Below, in pieces: positions 1-11,906 of a stretch of DNA of 64,000 bases. The stretch's first letter is position 1; each line of letters begins with the position of its first letter. Origin of the DNA: an uncultured Phycisphaerales bacterium (lineage in GTDB: Bacteria > Planctomycetota > Phycisphaerae > Sedimentisphaerales > Anaerobacaceae); the NCBI GenBank assembly GCA_963772725.1, contig CAVYYI010000001.1, positions 480,001 through 544,000 on the forward strand, written 5' to 3'. A program made the translations under genes and the position numbers. The notes beneath the pieces were generated by a model. That model searched no databases. It worked only from the letters and a program-made list of their open reading frames with translations, and was not told the origin of the DNA.

Positions 1-2
1 AA

Positions 3-233
3 GTTGTTGTAATTACAGACGCAGGCGGCGTCCTCTGCGACTTAAAAGTCGCAAAGGCCAACAATGCCTTATTCTACCCCATCAATCCCGGCGACGAAGC
101 CGACTCATGGCAAAGATTCTATGAAGAGGGACTCGACAAATTCTTTAATGGCCGATACGCCGGCCAATATGAAACTAAACTCATCGCCGAGTTTGATTCT
201 TATCTCCCCGAGACCCCTCCGTGGGAAAAATAA
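3..233 (+). CDS. C-terminal part of a HAD-family hydrolase (truncated by window edge, possibly degenerate)
   Basis: Not in the ORF track. Frame 3 reads ...DLKVAKANNALFYPINPGDEADSWQRFYEEGLDKFFNGRYAGQYETKLIAEFDSYLPETPPWEK*, which resembles the C-terminus of a conserved HAD-like family. Confidence 0.6.
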   Translation, partial: VVVITDAGGVLCDLKVAKANNALFYPINPGDEADSWQRFYEEGLDKFFNGRYAGQYETKLIAEFDSYLPETPPWEK

Positions 234-1544
234 TTTTCGCACACGCTTCACGAGAGGCGTTTATAGCGTCATTTTTACTGAAGATTCCCATTTCTTTAGC
301 AATAACGGCGTTTCGGCCTCTGCCTCCGCCAAACGAAATCCTGTAGTTTTCTTCCGGTTTGCCGTCATTACTCCTCAATATTCCTGTCAAACCAATATCG
401 GCAACTGAACTTTGCGCACAGTTGTTCGGGCATCCAGATATGCAGATTCTCATATTGGGCAATAGTTTCCCATCGAGTTCTTCGCGTATCTTGGCAGCCA
501 TCGCCCAGGTATTAACAAGACCTTTTGAGCATGTGCTGCTGCTGGGCAGGCAATTATCACAGGCTGTCTCGATAATTCAGCCAAATTTTCAGGCAGTTCA
601 AATTGTCTTTGGCCATAAATCTCAAGGCCATGCTCGCAGTTTATTCGCAAAACGGTTTTGTATGCTTCAGCGATATCAGCCAGTTTTATCGCGTCCGCTG
701 GAGGGATGTTTCCGTTCGGCAAATTCAGCCTGTACAATAGCTCAATTTCCGTTTCTGGTTTTTGCAGAACGACATCGGGCCAGTGTCCGCTTTGTTTTTC
801 TTTTATAAATCTGATTTCGAGTTCTTTGGCGAATATTTCATTTCCCAGTTTTTCTCTGACGTGCCGCAGTCGTGCCCTGAGCCTGTTCTGTCTGTTGCCA
901 TAATCCTCGAAAAGTTTAATCGCCGCTGCGCACAACGGTGTAACATAGTTTGGAGATAAATTTTTATATAAGTCAATACCCAGCGATGGCCTGGCACCAA
1001 GCGAACCAGCGCCTATTACATCAAAATGTCCATGTTCATTTACAACAAAACCGATATCATTGACATAAGGTCCCGTGCATCCCATGCCGCAGCCGCAAAA
1101 AGTTATTTTGAACTTTCTGGCCAGATTCCAAATGCCGGGCATTTGCCACAGATATTTACGAACATCCTCGGAAAGAGTAAAAACATCATACGTACCAGCT
1201 ATCAAACCGCACCTTGTGCAGACCGTTATATTCCTTACCGTGTCGCCTCCGGCACCTTGCGAGGTAAGGCCGGCATTATTCAACTCATCCTGCACCTTTG
1301 ACAAGTCATTTTCTAAAACATTGTGCAACTCTATATCCTGCCTCGTTGTCAGGTGCAGACTGTTGCCGTTCGAGTATCTTTCAGCAAGCCCGGCAGCAGT
1401 TCGCCACTGCTGCCAGGTTATTCTCCCGCCAAAGACTTTTATTCTCTGCATATACAAGCCTGTCTGCCTTTGTGGGTAAACGCCTAAGATTTTTTTGTTT
1501 GCATCACCGGTATTTACTTGTGTCTTTTCAGTCTGTTTTTCCAT
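181..1544 (-). CDS. Nitrite/sulfite reductase (siroheme-4Fe4S), frameshifted near 542
   Basis: QRIKVFGGRIT, LTTRQDIELH, DTVRNITVC and ARKFKITFCGC motifs. Restoring one G near 542 gives CPGSSTC and joins ORF 181..501 carrying SGCPNNC. The exact 3' end is uncertain. Confidence 0.85.
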
Positions 1545-1546
1545 CT

Positions 1547-2275
1547 TTATTTAGAAATTTCCTGAGTTTGCCTTGTTTTTAACGGTCTTGTATGTATGCC
1601 GCATTCGCCGCCGCATTTGCTCGTTCCAATCCATCTGCCTGCGCGCTTGTCTATTCCAAGACTTATTTTTGAGGACGGTGCGCATCCCAGCGACCTGTAT
1701 CCTTGCAAATAAAGCGGATTGACAGGCACACGGTGCAATGCCAGGTATTGCCATATTTCCCGTTCATGCCATATCAATATCGGATTAAGCTTAACAAGTC
1801 CCTTATCGCGTTCTTCAACTTCCTTGAAGTCGGTTCGCGTCCTGCCCTCTGTGCAGCGCAGGCCGGTTACCCAGCAGGAAACACCCATTTCTTCAATCGC
1901 TCTTTTCACAGGCTCGACTTTCAATATATCGCAGCAGCGGTCTGGATTAGTTAGATATAATTTATCCGGTATTTCCGCGTCATTACGATATACGTTCAAC
2001 TCCGGATACCTTGCGACTTCTTCATTCATAAACGCGACTGTTTCCGCCGGTTTATATCTTGTTGTAACGATAAAACCGCGTATCGCCGGGCTTACCCTTT
2101 TGGCAAGATGCCAAACCGCCGATGAATCCTTTCCAAGGCTGTTTGCCACGACCAGTCCGTCGCCATATTCGTCTAATGCCTGGCTTATCAGTTCCAAAGA
2201 CCTTTCGACTTTTTGAGCAAAATTCAGCCCATCCACCAATTCTTTCACATTGTCCGTTACAAAATCTTTCAACAT
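1547..2275 (-). CDS. cysH: APS/PAPS reductase
   Basis: SLGKDS PP-loop, RCCDILKVEP, TGLR, GYRSLGC, RAGRW and C-terminal ECGIH. Confidence 0.92.
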   Translation of the reverse strand: MLKDFVTDNVKELVDGLNFAQKVERSLELISQALDEYGDGLVVANSLGKDSSAVWHLAKRVSPAIRGFIVTTRYKPAETVAFMNEEVARYPELNVYRNDAEIPDKLYLTNPDRCCDILKVEPVKRAIEEMGVSCWVTGLRCTEGRTRTDFKEVEERDKGLVKLNPILIWHEREIWQYLALHRVPVNPLYLQGYRSLGCAPSSKISLGIDKRAGRWIGTSKCGGECGIHTRPLKTRQTQEISK

Positions 2276-2300
2276 ACAAATTTTTCCTTTCTAAAAAAAA

Positions 2301-2522
2301 TTATATTTCATATTCCGGCAATTTTTTTGTGCCAAACTTAATCCTATTCCAAACCCTCTCATGGGCATAAAAGACACCTATTTTCAGGATGGTATCCAAT
2401 AATCCGATTTTTGCGGCAAGCTCTAATTCTCCAAGCAGTATCCAAGCTACTAATATCGTTACTACAGTTCCGCCTGCCCGCCAGCTTACAGCCTTGATTA
2501 TGCTTCTTAAATGTGATTCCAT
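2301..2522 (-). CDS. DUF2061-type small membrane protein
   Basis: MESHLRSIIKAVSWR...YAHERVWNRIKFG pattern, a family often found beside sulfate assimilation genes. Confidence 0.8.
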   Translation of the reverse strand: MESHLRSIIKAVSWRAGGTVVTILVAWILLGELELAAKIGLLDTILKIGVFYAHERVWNRIKFGTKKLPEYEI

Positions 2523-2627
2523 ATTATTCCTATGTCAATACTATACTATAATCATAAAAAAATTTACTTTTTAATAGCTTCGCGAAACCGAAAATAAAAT
2601 TTTATTTACCATATACTATTTATCCTA

Positions 2628-2669
2628 TTGACATAATGGGAATTATAGCATATATTATTAATAGGTCAA
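2628..2669. promoter_or_regulatory. Overlapping divergent sigma70-like promoters
   Basis: Plus strand TTGACA(2628)-17-TATATT. Minus strand TTGACC-16-TATAAT with a TG extension (2669..2642). Both lie in the AT-rich gap between divergent operons. Confidence 0.5.
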
Positions 2670-2763
2670 TAGTTTTTTAAAAAAATTTTAAAAAACTTTT
2701 TGCTAAGAACATTGTATAGTATAAGATAGTCTATTGTTATAGTAGGATTTAAAGGACTTTATT

Positions 2764-3198
2764 ATGAAACTCTCTACAAGAACACGCTATGGTCTAAGAG
2801 CGGTTTTATCGCTGGCAGAGACTGCAGGCGATAAGCCGGTGCAGTTAAAAACTATTGCAGAACGTCAGGATATATCATTAAAATATCTCGAATATTTGAT
2901 GTCAATGTTGAAAACGGCTGGTATAGTAAGGAGTGTTCGAGGTGCTCATGGAGGCTATGTCCTCGCCAGGCCGACCAGTAAGATTGAACTGATAGAGATT
3001 TTTAACGCTCTTGAAGGGCCGATAGCTATTACGGAATGCCTTGATGATGAAAGTTATTGTGATAAAACTATTGAATGTATCACAAGGCATGTTTGGAAAA
3101 AGATGCAGGATGCTATGGTGAATGTATTGAGCTCGATTACCCTGTAGGATTTGACGGAAATGGCAAAAAGTGATAAAGCGTTGCATTATCAGATATAA
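2764..3198 (+). CDS. Rrf2-family regulator (IscR/CymR-like) with an in-frame TAG at 3145-3147
   Basis: MKLSTRTRYGLRA, RSVRGAHGGYVLARP and three C-terminal Cys. The frame continues past the TAG as DLTEMAKSDKALHYQI* to 3198. Confidence 0.85.
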
Positions 3199-3213
3199 TT
3201 AAGGGGACTATTT

Positions 3214-4134
3214 ATGAGCGCGATATTCGAAAATATAATCGCTACAGTGGGATTTACACCTTTAGTTAAGATTAACAAGCTGGGTTCCAGCAAGTCAACA
3301 ATTCTGGCTAAGCTCGAGTTTCACAATCCAGGCGGCAGCGTAAAGGATAGAATCGCAGTCTCAATGATAGATGCTGCTGAGGAAAAAGGGCGGATAAAGC
3401 CTGATACCGTGATAATTGAGCCGACCAGCGGTAATACAGGAATAGGCCTTGCGTGCGTTTGTGCGGCAAAGGGTTATAAGCTCCTGCTGACAATGCCGGA
3501 ATCAATGAGTATCGAGAGAAGGAAACTTCTTAAGATGTTTGGTGCCGAAATTGTGCTTACGCCCGCGGAGCGGGGCATGAGCGGGGCGATTGAAAAGGCC
3601 AATGAACTCGCCGCTAAAAACCCGAATTCGTTTATTCCTCAGCAGTTTGAAAATCCCGCCAATCCGCAGGTTCACAGGGAAACAACAGCACAGGAGATTT
3701 GGAACGATACCGACCATAAGGTTGATATTCTTGTCGCTGGTGTTGGAACGGGCGGCACAATAACCGGCTGCGGCGAAGCATTAAAAAATTTCAACAAAGA
3801 TTTGAAAGTGATAGCTGTAGAACCGAAAGATTCCGCTGTTCTTTCGGGATGCAAGCCTGGGCCGCATAAAATACAGGGTATTGGTGCTGGCTTTGTGCCG
3901 AAAGTATTGAACACGGTGATAATTGACGAAATCATCCAGGTTTCAAATCCTGATGCTATGGAAACAGCACGTCAGCTTGCGCGTAAAGAAGGCATACTCG
4001 TGGGCATAAGCTCAGGGGCTGCGATGTGGGCCGCGATACAGGTCTCGAATCGTCCCGAGAGCGAAGGGAAATCAATAGTGGTGATTTTGCCGGATACAGG
4101 AGAACGATATATTTCCACAGAAATGTTTGAATAA
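3214..4134 (+). CDS. cysK: Cysteine synthase A
   Basis: [14 protein letters not shown] lysine, [26 protein letters not shown]. Confidence 0.96.
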   Translation: MSAIFENIIATVGFTPLVKINKLGSSKSTILAKLEFHNPGGSVKDRIAVSMIDAAEEKGRIKPDTVIIEPTSGNTGIGLACVCAAKGYKLLLTMPESMSIERRKLLKMFGAEIVLTPAERGMSGAIEKANELAAKNPNSFIPQQFENPANPQVHRETTAQEIWNDTDHKVDILVAGVGTGGTITGCGEALKNFNKDLKVIAVEPKDSAVLSGCKPGPHKIQGIGAGFVPKVLNTVIIDEIIQVSNPDAMETARQLARKEGILVGISSGAAMWAAIQVSNRPESEGKSIVVILPDTGERYISTEMFE

Positions 4135-4164
4135 AGGATTTTAAAATTGTTGCGAGGTACTTCA

Positions 4165-5097
4165 ATGAGCAAAGATAAATTAAGCGGTAAAAAAATAGAA
4201 AATATTGTCAGTGAACTATCAAAAACATACGAGGGCGATTGCGGTATAAATTTCATTGACGCTACCAATCTGCCTGTGCGGGATAAGATTTTAGAGATAC
4301 TGGATTTATTGATTGAATTGCTTTTTCCCGGCTATACCGGCAAAAGGACTGTTACAAAAGCGAATATAAACTTTATCATTGGCGACGTTTTATGCCAAGT
4401 CTATTCCTCGCTTTCTGAGCAGATTGAAAGAGCATATAAGTATCTCTGCAGGATGAACAACTGTGACAGTTCAGGCTGCCGAATGATGGCCGAGGAAGTA
4501 ACGCAGTATTTACTCACGCAATTGCCGAGAATAAGAGAGATGCTCAAAGGCGACGTTAAGGCGGCATTTGATGGTGACCCCGCCGCGAGGTCTTATGAGG
4601 AAATAGTGATAAGCTACCCGTGCATAATTGCAATCGCGACGCATCGTATCGCGCACGAATTATACTTAAAGGAAGTGCCGCTGATTCCGAGAATAATGTC
4701 CGAGTGCGCTCATGCCAGGACCGGCATCGACATACATCCGGGAGCCAGAATCGGCAAAAATTTCTTTATCGACCATGGCACTGGCGTTGTGATTGGTGAG
4801 ACCACAATTATAGGTAATAACGTTAAAATTTATCAGGGCGCCACACTCGGTGCGTTGAGTTTTCCGCGTGATGAGCGAGGCAGAATCATCAAGGGCGGCA
4901 AGAGACATCCGACACTCGAGGATGATGTAACCATATACGCAGAAGCGACAATCCTCGGTGATGTAACCATCGGCAAAGGCGCCGTAATCGGCGGCAACGC
5001 GTGGGTGAAAGAATCCGTACCTGCCGGTGTTACCGTTAGTATGTCGAATCCCGATTTGGTTTATAAACATAGTAAGACCGCAAAAGATAATAAATAA
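4165..5097 (+). CDS. cysE: Serine O-acetyltransferase (EpsC/CysE type)
   Basis: GDPAA, TGIDIHPGA, FIDHGTGVVIGET, KRHPT hexapeptide repeats. ATG at 4165 follows GAGGT. Confidence 0.9.
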   Translation: MSKDKLSGKKIENIVSELSKTYEGDCGINFIDATNLPVRDKILEILDLLIELLFPGYTGKRTVTKANINFIIGDVLCQVYSSLSEQIERAYKYLCRMNNCDSSGCRMMAEEVTQYLLTQLPRIREMLKGDVKAAFDGDPAARSYEEIVISYPCIIAIATHRIAHELYLKEVPLIPRIMSECAHARTGIDIHPGARIGKNFFIDHGTGVVIGETTIIGNNVKIYQGATLGALSFPRDERGRIIKGGKRHPTLEDDVTIYAEATILGDVTIGKGAVIGGNAWVKESVPAGVTVSMSNPDLVYKHSKTAKDNK

Positions 5098-5116
5098 ATC
5101 GAAAGTATAATTTTAG

Positions 5117-6040
5117 ATGACAAGCAGCATTGAAAAAATTAAGGAACTAAAGCGGCGACGTAACGCTGTGATACTTGCGCATAATTATCAGTTGGCTGAT
5201 GTGCAGGATGTAGCTGATTTTTGCGGAGACTCCCTCGGCTTAAGTATCGAGGCGGCCAAAACCGACGCGGATGTGATTGTGTTTTGCGGGGTAAAGTTTA
5301 TGGCCGAAACCGCGGCCATTCTGTCCCCGGCAAAAACAGTGCTTTTACCTGATAAGTTCGCGGGCTGTCCGATGGCTGATATGATAACGGCCGCCCAGTT
5401 ACGTGAGCTTAAAGATAAATACACTGATGCCATTGTAGTCTGTTATGTGAACAGCAGCGCTGACGTCAAAGCACTGAGCGATTCCTGCTGCACAAGTTCC
5501 AATGCCGTGGCAGTTGTAAATTCTCTGCCAAAGGATAAGCAGGTGATATTTGTGCCGGACGTTCATCTGGGGCGATATGTCGAGGAAAAAACATCGAGAA
5601 AAATGGTGCTTTGGCCCGGCTATTGTCCTACACATACGTGGATAACCGAAGATGACATTAAGGCGACAAAGGCGAAATATCCAGATGCGATAGTTATGGC
5701 GCATCCTGAATGTATTGAGCCTGTTAAAAAACTCGCGGATAAAATATTCAGCACGGGCCAGATGCTCTCTTTTGCCCAGCGAAGCACAATAAAGCGGTTC
5801 ATAGTGGCTACGGAAATTGGTATTATACACAGCCTGAAAAAAAGTAATCCGGCGGCCGAATTTATCCCTGCAAGCGAAAGGGCGGTTTGCCCGAATATGA
5901 AAAAGATTACTCTGGATAAAATCATCTCCTCGCTTGAGGATATGCGATATGAAATTACAGTACCCGAAGAGATAAGAATTAAAGCGAAAAAATCGCTCGA
6001 TAGAATGGTGGAAATTTTACCTGAAAAACAGGAAGGATGA
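5117..6040 (+). CDS. nadA: Quinolinate synthase
   Basis: LAHNYQ, GDSL, FCGVKFMAE, GCPMA, YVNS, HPEC, CPNMK. Confidence 0.96.
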   Translation: MTSSIEKIKELKRRRNAVILAHNYQLADVQDVADFCGDSLGLSIEAAKTDADVIVFCGVKFMAETAAILSPAKTVLLPDKFAGCPMADMITAAQLRELKDKYTDAIVVCYVNSSADVKALSDSCCTSSNAVAVVNSLPKDKQVIFVPDVHLGRYVEEKTSRKMVLWPGYCPTHTWITEDDIKATKAKYPDAIVMAHPECIEPVKKLADKIFSTGQMLSFAQRSTIKRFIVATEIGIIHSLKKSNPAAEFIPASERAVCPNMKKITLDKIISSLEDMRYEITVPEEIRIKAKKSLDRMVEILPEKQEG

Positions 6041-7333
<1,293 letters not shown>

Positions 7334-7370
7334 AAAATGAAAACTTAAAATTAAGGACTCAAAACTAACT

Positions 7371-8251
7371 ATGTGGGAATATACAGATAAAGTAAAAGAT
7401 TATTTTTTCAATCCGCGCAATGTCGGCGAGATTGAAAATCCGGATGGTGTCGGCGAAGTCGGTTCGCTCGCTTGCGGCGATGCCTTGAAACTGACTTTCA
7501 AACTCGATAAGAGCGGCAGGATTGTCGATGCCAAGTTCAAAACGTTTGGCTGTGCAAGCGCAATCGCGTCTTCATCAGTGCTGACGGAAATAATAAAAGG
7601 AATGACGCTTGAACGGGCCGCGAAGGTAACCAATAAGGACATAGCGGATTATCTCGGCGGGCTGCCCGAACAAAAAATGCACTGTTCGGTAATGGGCAGA
7701 GAAGCCCTCGAAGCGGCCATCGAGAATTATCGCACCGGCGGAAAGGTAAAGCACGAACTTGAAGGTAAAGTCGTTTGTACCTGTTTCGGCGTTACCGAAA
7801 AGGAAATCGAAAGAGTAATAACAGATAACAATCTTACAACGGTCGATGAGGTAACCAACTACTGCAAAGCAGGCGGCGGATGCGGCGGCTGTAAGGGTGA
7901 AATTGAAAAAATCATCGAAAGAATACAGGGCGACAAGATTAAACAGATTCATTCCGCCGTCCCTCATAAGGCCGGCAAACTGACAAATATTCAGAAGATT
8001 CAACTGATTCAGCAAACGATAAACGAGCAGATTCGCCCCGCATTGCGGGCTGACGGCGGCAATATCGAACTGATTGATATTGAGGGCAACAAAGTCATTG
8101 TTGCCTTCAGAGGTATGTGGCACAATGCAAAATGGCCGAGTTTACAATGAAAGACGTCGTCGAAGCAAAACTGCGGGAATTCGTCTCTGACGAGCTTTTT
8201 GTTGAAGAAGCCAAAGATTCAGAACAGAACATCTCTGGTATGGGGATATAA
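7371..8251 (+). CDS. nifU: Fe-S scaffold NifU (IscU + BFD + Nfu domains), frameshifted near 8119
   Basis: ACGD, FGCASAIAS, KMHCS, VCTCF, GGGCGGC, DGGNIEL. Adding one base gives GMCAQC...EFTMKDVVEAKLREFV, ending at 8251 just before nifS. Confidence 0.9.
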
Positions 8252-8252
8252 A

Positions 8253-9416
8253 ATGAAAACCATATATTTTGATAACAACGCGACATCGAAAGTCGCGGAT
8301 GAAGTGCTGGAAGAGATAAAGCCGTTTTTTTCCGAGCTTTACGGAAATCCTTCGAGTATGCACACATTTGGCGGCCAGGTAGGTATCAGGATTCGCAAAG
8401 CACGTGAGCAGGTTGCTTCGCTGCTTGGGTGTGAGCCAGGCGAAATAATATTTACCGGCTGCGGAACAGAGAGCGATAATACGGCTATTACCGGTACTCT
8501 CGCCGCTGTACCCAACAGACGAAAAATAATAACTTCGAGAGTCGAGCATCCCGCTGTGCTGGCAGTATGCAGGGAAATGGAGAACAGGGGCTATACCCTC
8601 GTCGAGATTGGTGTTGACAGGCAGGGGCGTCTTGATTTGGATGAACTTGAAAAACAAATTGACGATGATACCGCTCTTGTTACTATAATGTATGCCAACA
8701 ACGAGACCGGAACGATATTTCCCGTTGATAAAATCGCTGAAATGGTTACCTCTAAGGGTGTAGTTTTTCATACTGATGCTGTGCAGGCTGTTGGTAAGAT
8801 TCCGCTGAATCTCTCAAAAAGCAAGTTTGATTTACTTAGCATTTCGGGCCATAAGCTGCACGCCCCAAAAGGTATTGGCGTTCTTTATGTTCGCAAGGGG
8901 ACGCGCCTGACGCCGTTTATGCTCGGAGGCCACCAGGAAGGCGGCAGAAGGGCAGGTACGGAGAATGTTCCCGGAATCATCGGCCTTGGTAAGGCCTGCG
9001 AGCTGGCTGCGAGGGAATTCGCCGCTGAAAATACGAAAGTTAAATACCTGCGGGACAAACTTGAAAAAGGCCTGCTGGAAAGCTGTTCTGATAGTTTCGT
9101 CAACGGTGACATCAAAAACCGTCTGCCCAATACAGCAAATATCAGTTTTGAGTATATCGAGGGCGAGGCTATCCTGCTTATGCTCGATAAATTCGGCATC
9201 TGCGCAAGCAGCGGTTCAGCGTGTACTTCAGGTTCGCTTGAACCAAGTCACGTTTTGCGTGCGATGGGAGTGCCTTTCACGGCTGCTCACGGTTCTATTC
9301 GGTTCAGCCTAAGCAGATATAACACCGAAGATGAGGTTGATTACACAATTGAGAAAATGCCGGCTATCATCAGCAGGCTCAGGGAATTATCGCCTTTTGT
9401 GGCAAAAAAAGCGTAA
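8253..9416 (+). CDS. nifS: Cysteine desulfurase NifS
   Basis: YFDNNATS, HTDAVQ, SGHKLH, SSGSACTS. ATG at 8253. Confidence 0.94.
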   Translation: MKTIYFDNNATSKVADEVLEEIKPFFSELYGNPSSMHTFGGQVGIRIRKAREQVASLLGCEPGEIIFTGCGTESDNTAITGTLAAVPNRRKIITSRVEHPAVLAVCREMENRGYTLVEIGVDRQGRLDLDELEKQIDDDTALVTIMYANNETGTIFPVDKIAEMVTSKGVVFHTDAVQAVGKIPLNLSKSKFDLLSISGHKLHAPKGIGVLYVRKGTRLTPFMLGGHQEGGRRAGTENVPGIIGLGKACELAAREFAAENTKVKYLRDKLEKGLLESCSDSFVNGDIKNRLPNTANISFEYIEGEAILLMLDKFGICASSGSACTSGSLEPSHVLRAMGVPFTAAHGSIRFSLSRYNTEDEVDYTIEKMPAIISRLRELSPFVAKKA

Positions 9417-9448
9417 TCACAGGTATAGATTGAATATGCCTATGCGTT

Positions 9449-10421
9449 TTACGCAAGGTCGGTTTTGTCCTCTTGCTTCTGCAGAAGCTCTATAATTTCG
9501 GTTTTAGCGGGAAGCGATTCGATAGAGCCGAACTTTGTACACGCCAATGCGCCTGCGGCAGAAGCGAATATCGCAGCCTGTCTTAATTCTGTTTTTGTGG
9601 CCAATGAGGCGGCTAATGCGCCTGCAAAGGCGTCACCGGTGCATGTATGGTCGAGCAGTTCGATTCCAAAGGCGGGAATGTGGTCGGCGCTGCTCCTGTC
9701 AACTACTACACAGCCTCGTCTGCCCATAGTTATTACAACGCAATGCACACCACGTGCGACAAGGTCTGAGCCGATGAGTTTTGCGGCGTGAATATTTGCT
9801 GTCGAATGTTCCGTGATGTCAGCTGCCTCATAAAGATTTGCGATTAAAGTATCGACACCGAAATACTCGATGGGCAAATCGGCGCTCCGAGCGCTGGCCG
9901 AACCTATCGGCCGGGCTGGATTCAGAATAACCCTTACATTATGAAGAGCGGCACATTGGATAGCTTTTATGATGGTTTCCTGCGGCAGCCGCCCGTGAAT
10001 AAGACAGATATCCGCCTGAGAAATGATTTGCTCGGCGGTTTCAATATCCCTGGGCTGCAACGCGACTGTTGGCCCCGATGTAGGTAAGAGTAGTGTTACC
10101 ACCTTTTGCATCGACTAATGTAACTATGGTGCCGGTATTTTTCGCTTCAGCGGTGTAGATGAAATCGATATTGACATCAAATTCAGCCAGACCGTTCTTA
10201 ATCATTTGCCCGAAAGGGTCACCCCCGACTTTGCCGATAAGGTAAGCCTGACATTGGCATAGCGCAGCCTGAACCACCTGACAAGCCCCCGGGCCGGCAA
10301 TTCTATACGAAAGCGCTGAGCCGAGAACATCCTGTCCGGCTAAAGGAATTTGGTCGCACCGTATGGCCATATCCACATAAGTGCCCCCGATTACAACTAC
10401 CTTAGGCGTACTCACTGCCAT
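9449..10421 (-). CDS. Ribokinase-like PfkB kinase, frameshifted near 10064
   Basis: N-terminal VVVIGG..VD and GKVGGDPFG (ORF 10041..10421) join C-terminal LNPA, TMGRRG and GDAFAGA (ORF 9449..10111) if one base is removed. Confidence 0.8.
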
Positions 10422-10592
10422 AATAAACCTTCAAAAATCCGTTCGATTATTTGGTAAGTATAGCATCGCCGATATTAAATGCAAACTTTTTTGAAGAAAA
10501 GAAATAACCCGCCGCAATTCTAAGGGTTTTAACCCGTGGTTGTTAACTTGTGAATGGTTGCAAAAAAATTCTAAAAAAATCAGGTAAATGTC

Positions 10593-10620
10593 TTGACAAT
10601 GATACCTTATAGTGTATAGT
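10593..10620 (+). promoter_or_regulatory. sigma70-like promoter of the PadR operon
   Basis: TTGACA-16-TATAGT, overlapped by TATAG-rich quasi-palindromes (possible operator). Confidence 0.45.
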
Positions 10621-10684
10621 ATTATAGGTTTTATAGTATAAGGCCTAAAAATATTTTTGAGAACGCAAATTCAGAGAACAATTT

Positions 10685-11038
10685 ATGAAACGGCTAAAAA
10701 AACAGACACTTGATGGGAAGATAGAGACGCTTTTGCTGGCGATACTTCAATCGGGGCCAAGCTACGGATACGCAATAGTCAAGGAATTGAACAACCGGGC
10801 GGAAGGAATACTGGAACTTGGCGAAGGTACCATTTATCCTGTTCTTCATCGCCTTGAGGAAAGGGAACTGGTCTCGGCTGAATGGTCAGAGGCAGAAAAT
10901 AGTCGTCCGCGAAAATATTATCGGTTAACTGTTAAAGGCAAAAAGGCGTTAGTGAATAATCGGATGCAATGGGAGATGCTGTCGCAGGTAATGGCAAAGG
11001 TTCTCGCTCCAAGCGGGAAACCTGCTTTATTTTCTTAA
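10685..11038 (+). CDS. PadR-family transcriptional regulator
   Basis: YGYAIVKEL, GEGTIYPVLHRLE, RPRKYYRLT. Confidence 0.93.
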   Translation: MKRLKKQTLDGKIETLLLAILQSGPSYGYAIVKELNNRAEGILELGEGTIYPVLHRLEERELVSAEWSEAENSRPRKYYRLTVKGKKALVNNRMQWEMLSQVMAKVLAPSGKPALFS

Positions 11039-11055
11039 ATGAAAGGAGCAATATT

Positions 11056-11808
11056 ATGAGTCAGGCATTAGAAAAATATCTGGACCGTGTATTTATTTAT
11101 GCCAATCGCAATGAGACAGATGCGGCGAAAATCCGAGCGGAGCTAAAAGACCATTTGCTTAAAAAAATTGAAGAGCTGGAGGCGGCGGGAGTAAAGCGTG
11201 AAGACGCGATATTTCGGGCGATAGAGGAGCATGGACAGCCGAGAAATGTTGGTTATGGATTAAGGCCTCGATTTCCATGGGTGGATGTACGTACAAAAGG
11301 CACGGCTCGGGGCTTTATTGCTGTTGGGCCAAGAGCAGTCGGTGTGGTAGCTATCGGAGGAGTAGCGTGTGGAGTTCTGGCGTACGGCGGAGTCGCATTT
11401 GGGCTTTTATCTTTAGGCGGGCTTGCCTTTGCCGCCTTAGTCGCCCTCGGAGGCTTGTCAATAGCACCATTAGGAATCGCCTACGGCGCAATTGCTATCG
11501 GCTTTATGTCAATAGGATTATTATCTATAGGAATCAAAGGGGTCGGCTTATTAGCTATCAATTTAATTAATGAACCGTCAGAAAGCATAGAGAGCCTGAG
11601 AACTATCGGTCTTTTCTCTCATAATAATGTTCCAGCTTATTTGATACCTATATTGGACACATGGATTCCATTTATAAACATGAAGATAGTTCAGTGGTCT
11701 TTTCTGTTTTTCTGGATAAGCTGCATCATAATGCTCTCAGCCCAATTATTTTTATCAAGACGTGAACGCAACAGAATAAAAAACGCTGACGCAACGTTGG
11801 TTGAATAG
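11056..11808 (+). CDS. Membrane protein with N-terminal HAAS/permease-prefix domain and Gly-rich transmembrane repeats
   Basis: EKYLDRV...IRAELKDHL...AIEEHGQP followed by GxxAxG repeats. RBS AAGGAG precedes ATG 11056. A typical PadR partner. Confidence 0.7.
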   Translation: MSQALEKYLDRVFIYANRNETDAAKIRAELKDHLLKKIEELEAAGVKREDAIFRAIEEHGQPRNVGYGLRPRFPWVDVRTKGTARGFIAVGPRAVGVVAIGGVACGVLAYGGVAFGLLSLGGLAFAALVALGGLSIAPLGIAYGAIAIGFMSIGLLSIGIKGVGLLAINLINEPSESIESLRTIGLFSHNNVPAYLIPILDTWIPFINMKIVQWSFLFFWISCIIMLSAQLFLSRRERNRIKNADATLVE

Positions 11809-11906
11809 AATCCCGCCTCACATGAAAAACCTCTTTCTAAAAAATCTGCGTCAATCTGCGGATATTAAAATCCTTTTTCTCTCCGTGACCTCTGCGCTTT
11901 CTGCGG

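Noticed and set aside
3145..3147. Pyrrolysine or stop-codon recoding
   Set aside because: It is a single case, TAG ends other genes normally, and no pyl genes are in the window.
7371..9416. Nitrogen fixation cluster
   Set aside because: Only nifU and nifS are present, with no nifHDK. Stand-alone NIF systems are common in anaerobes.
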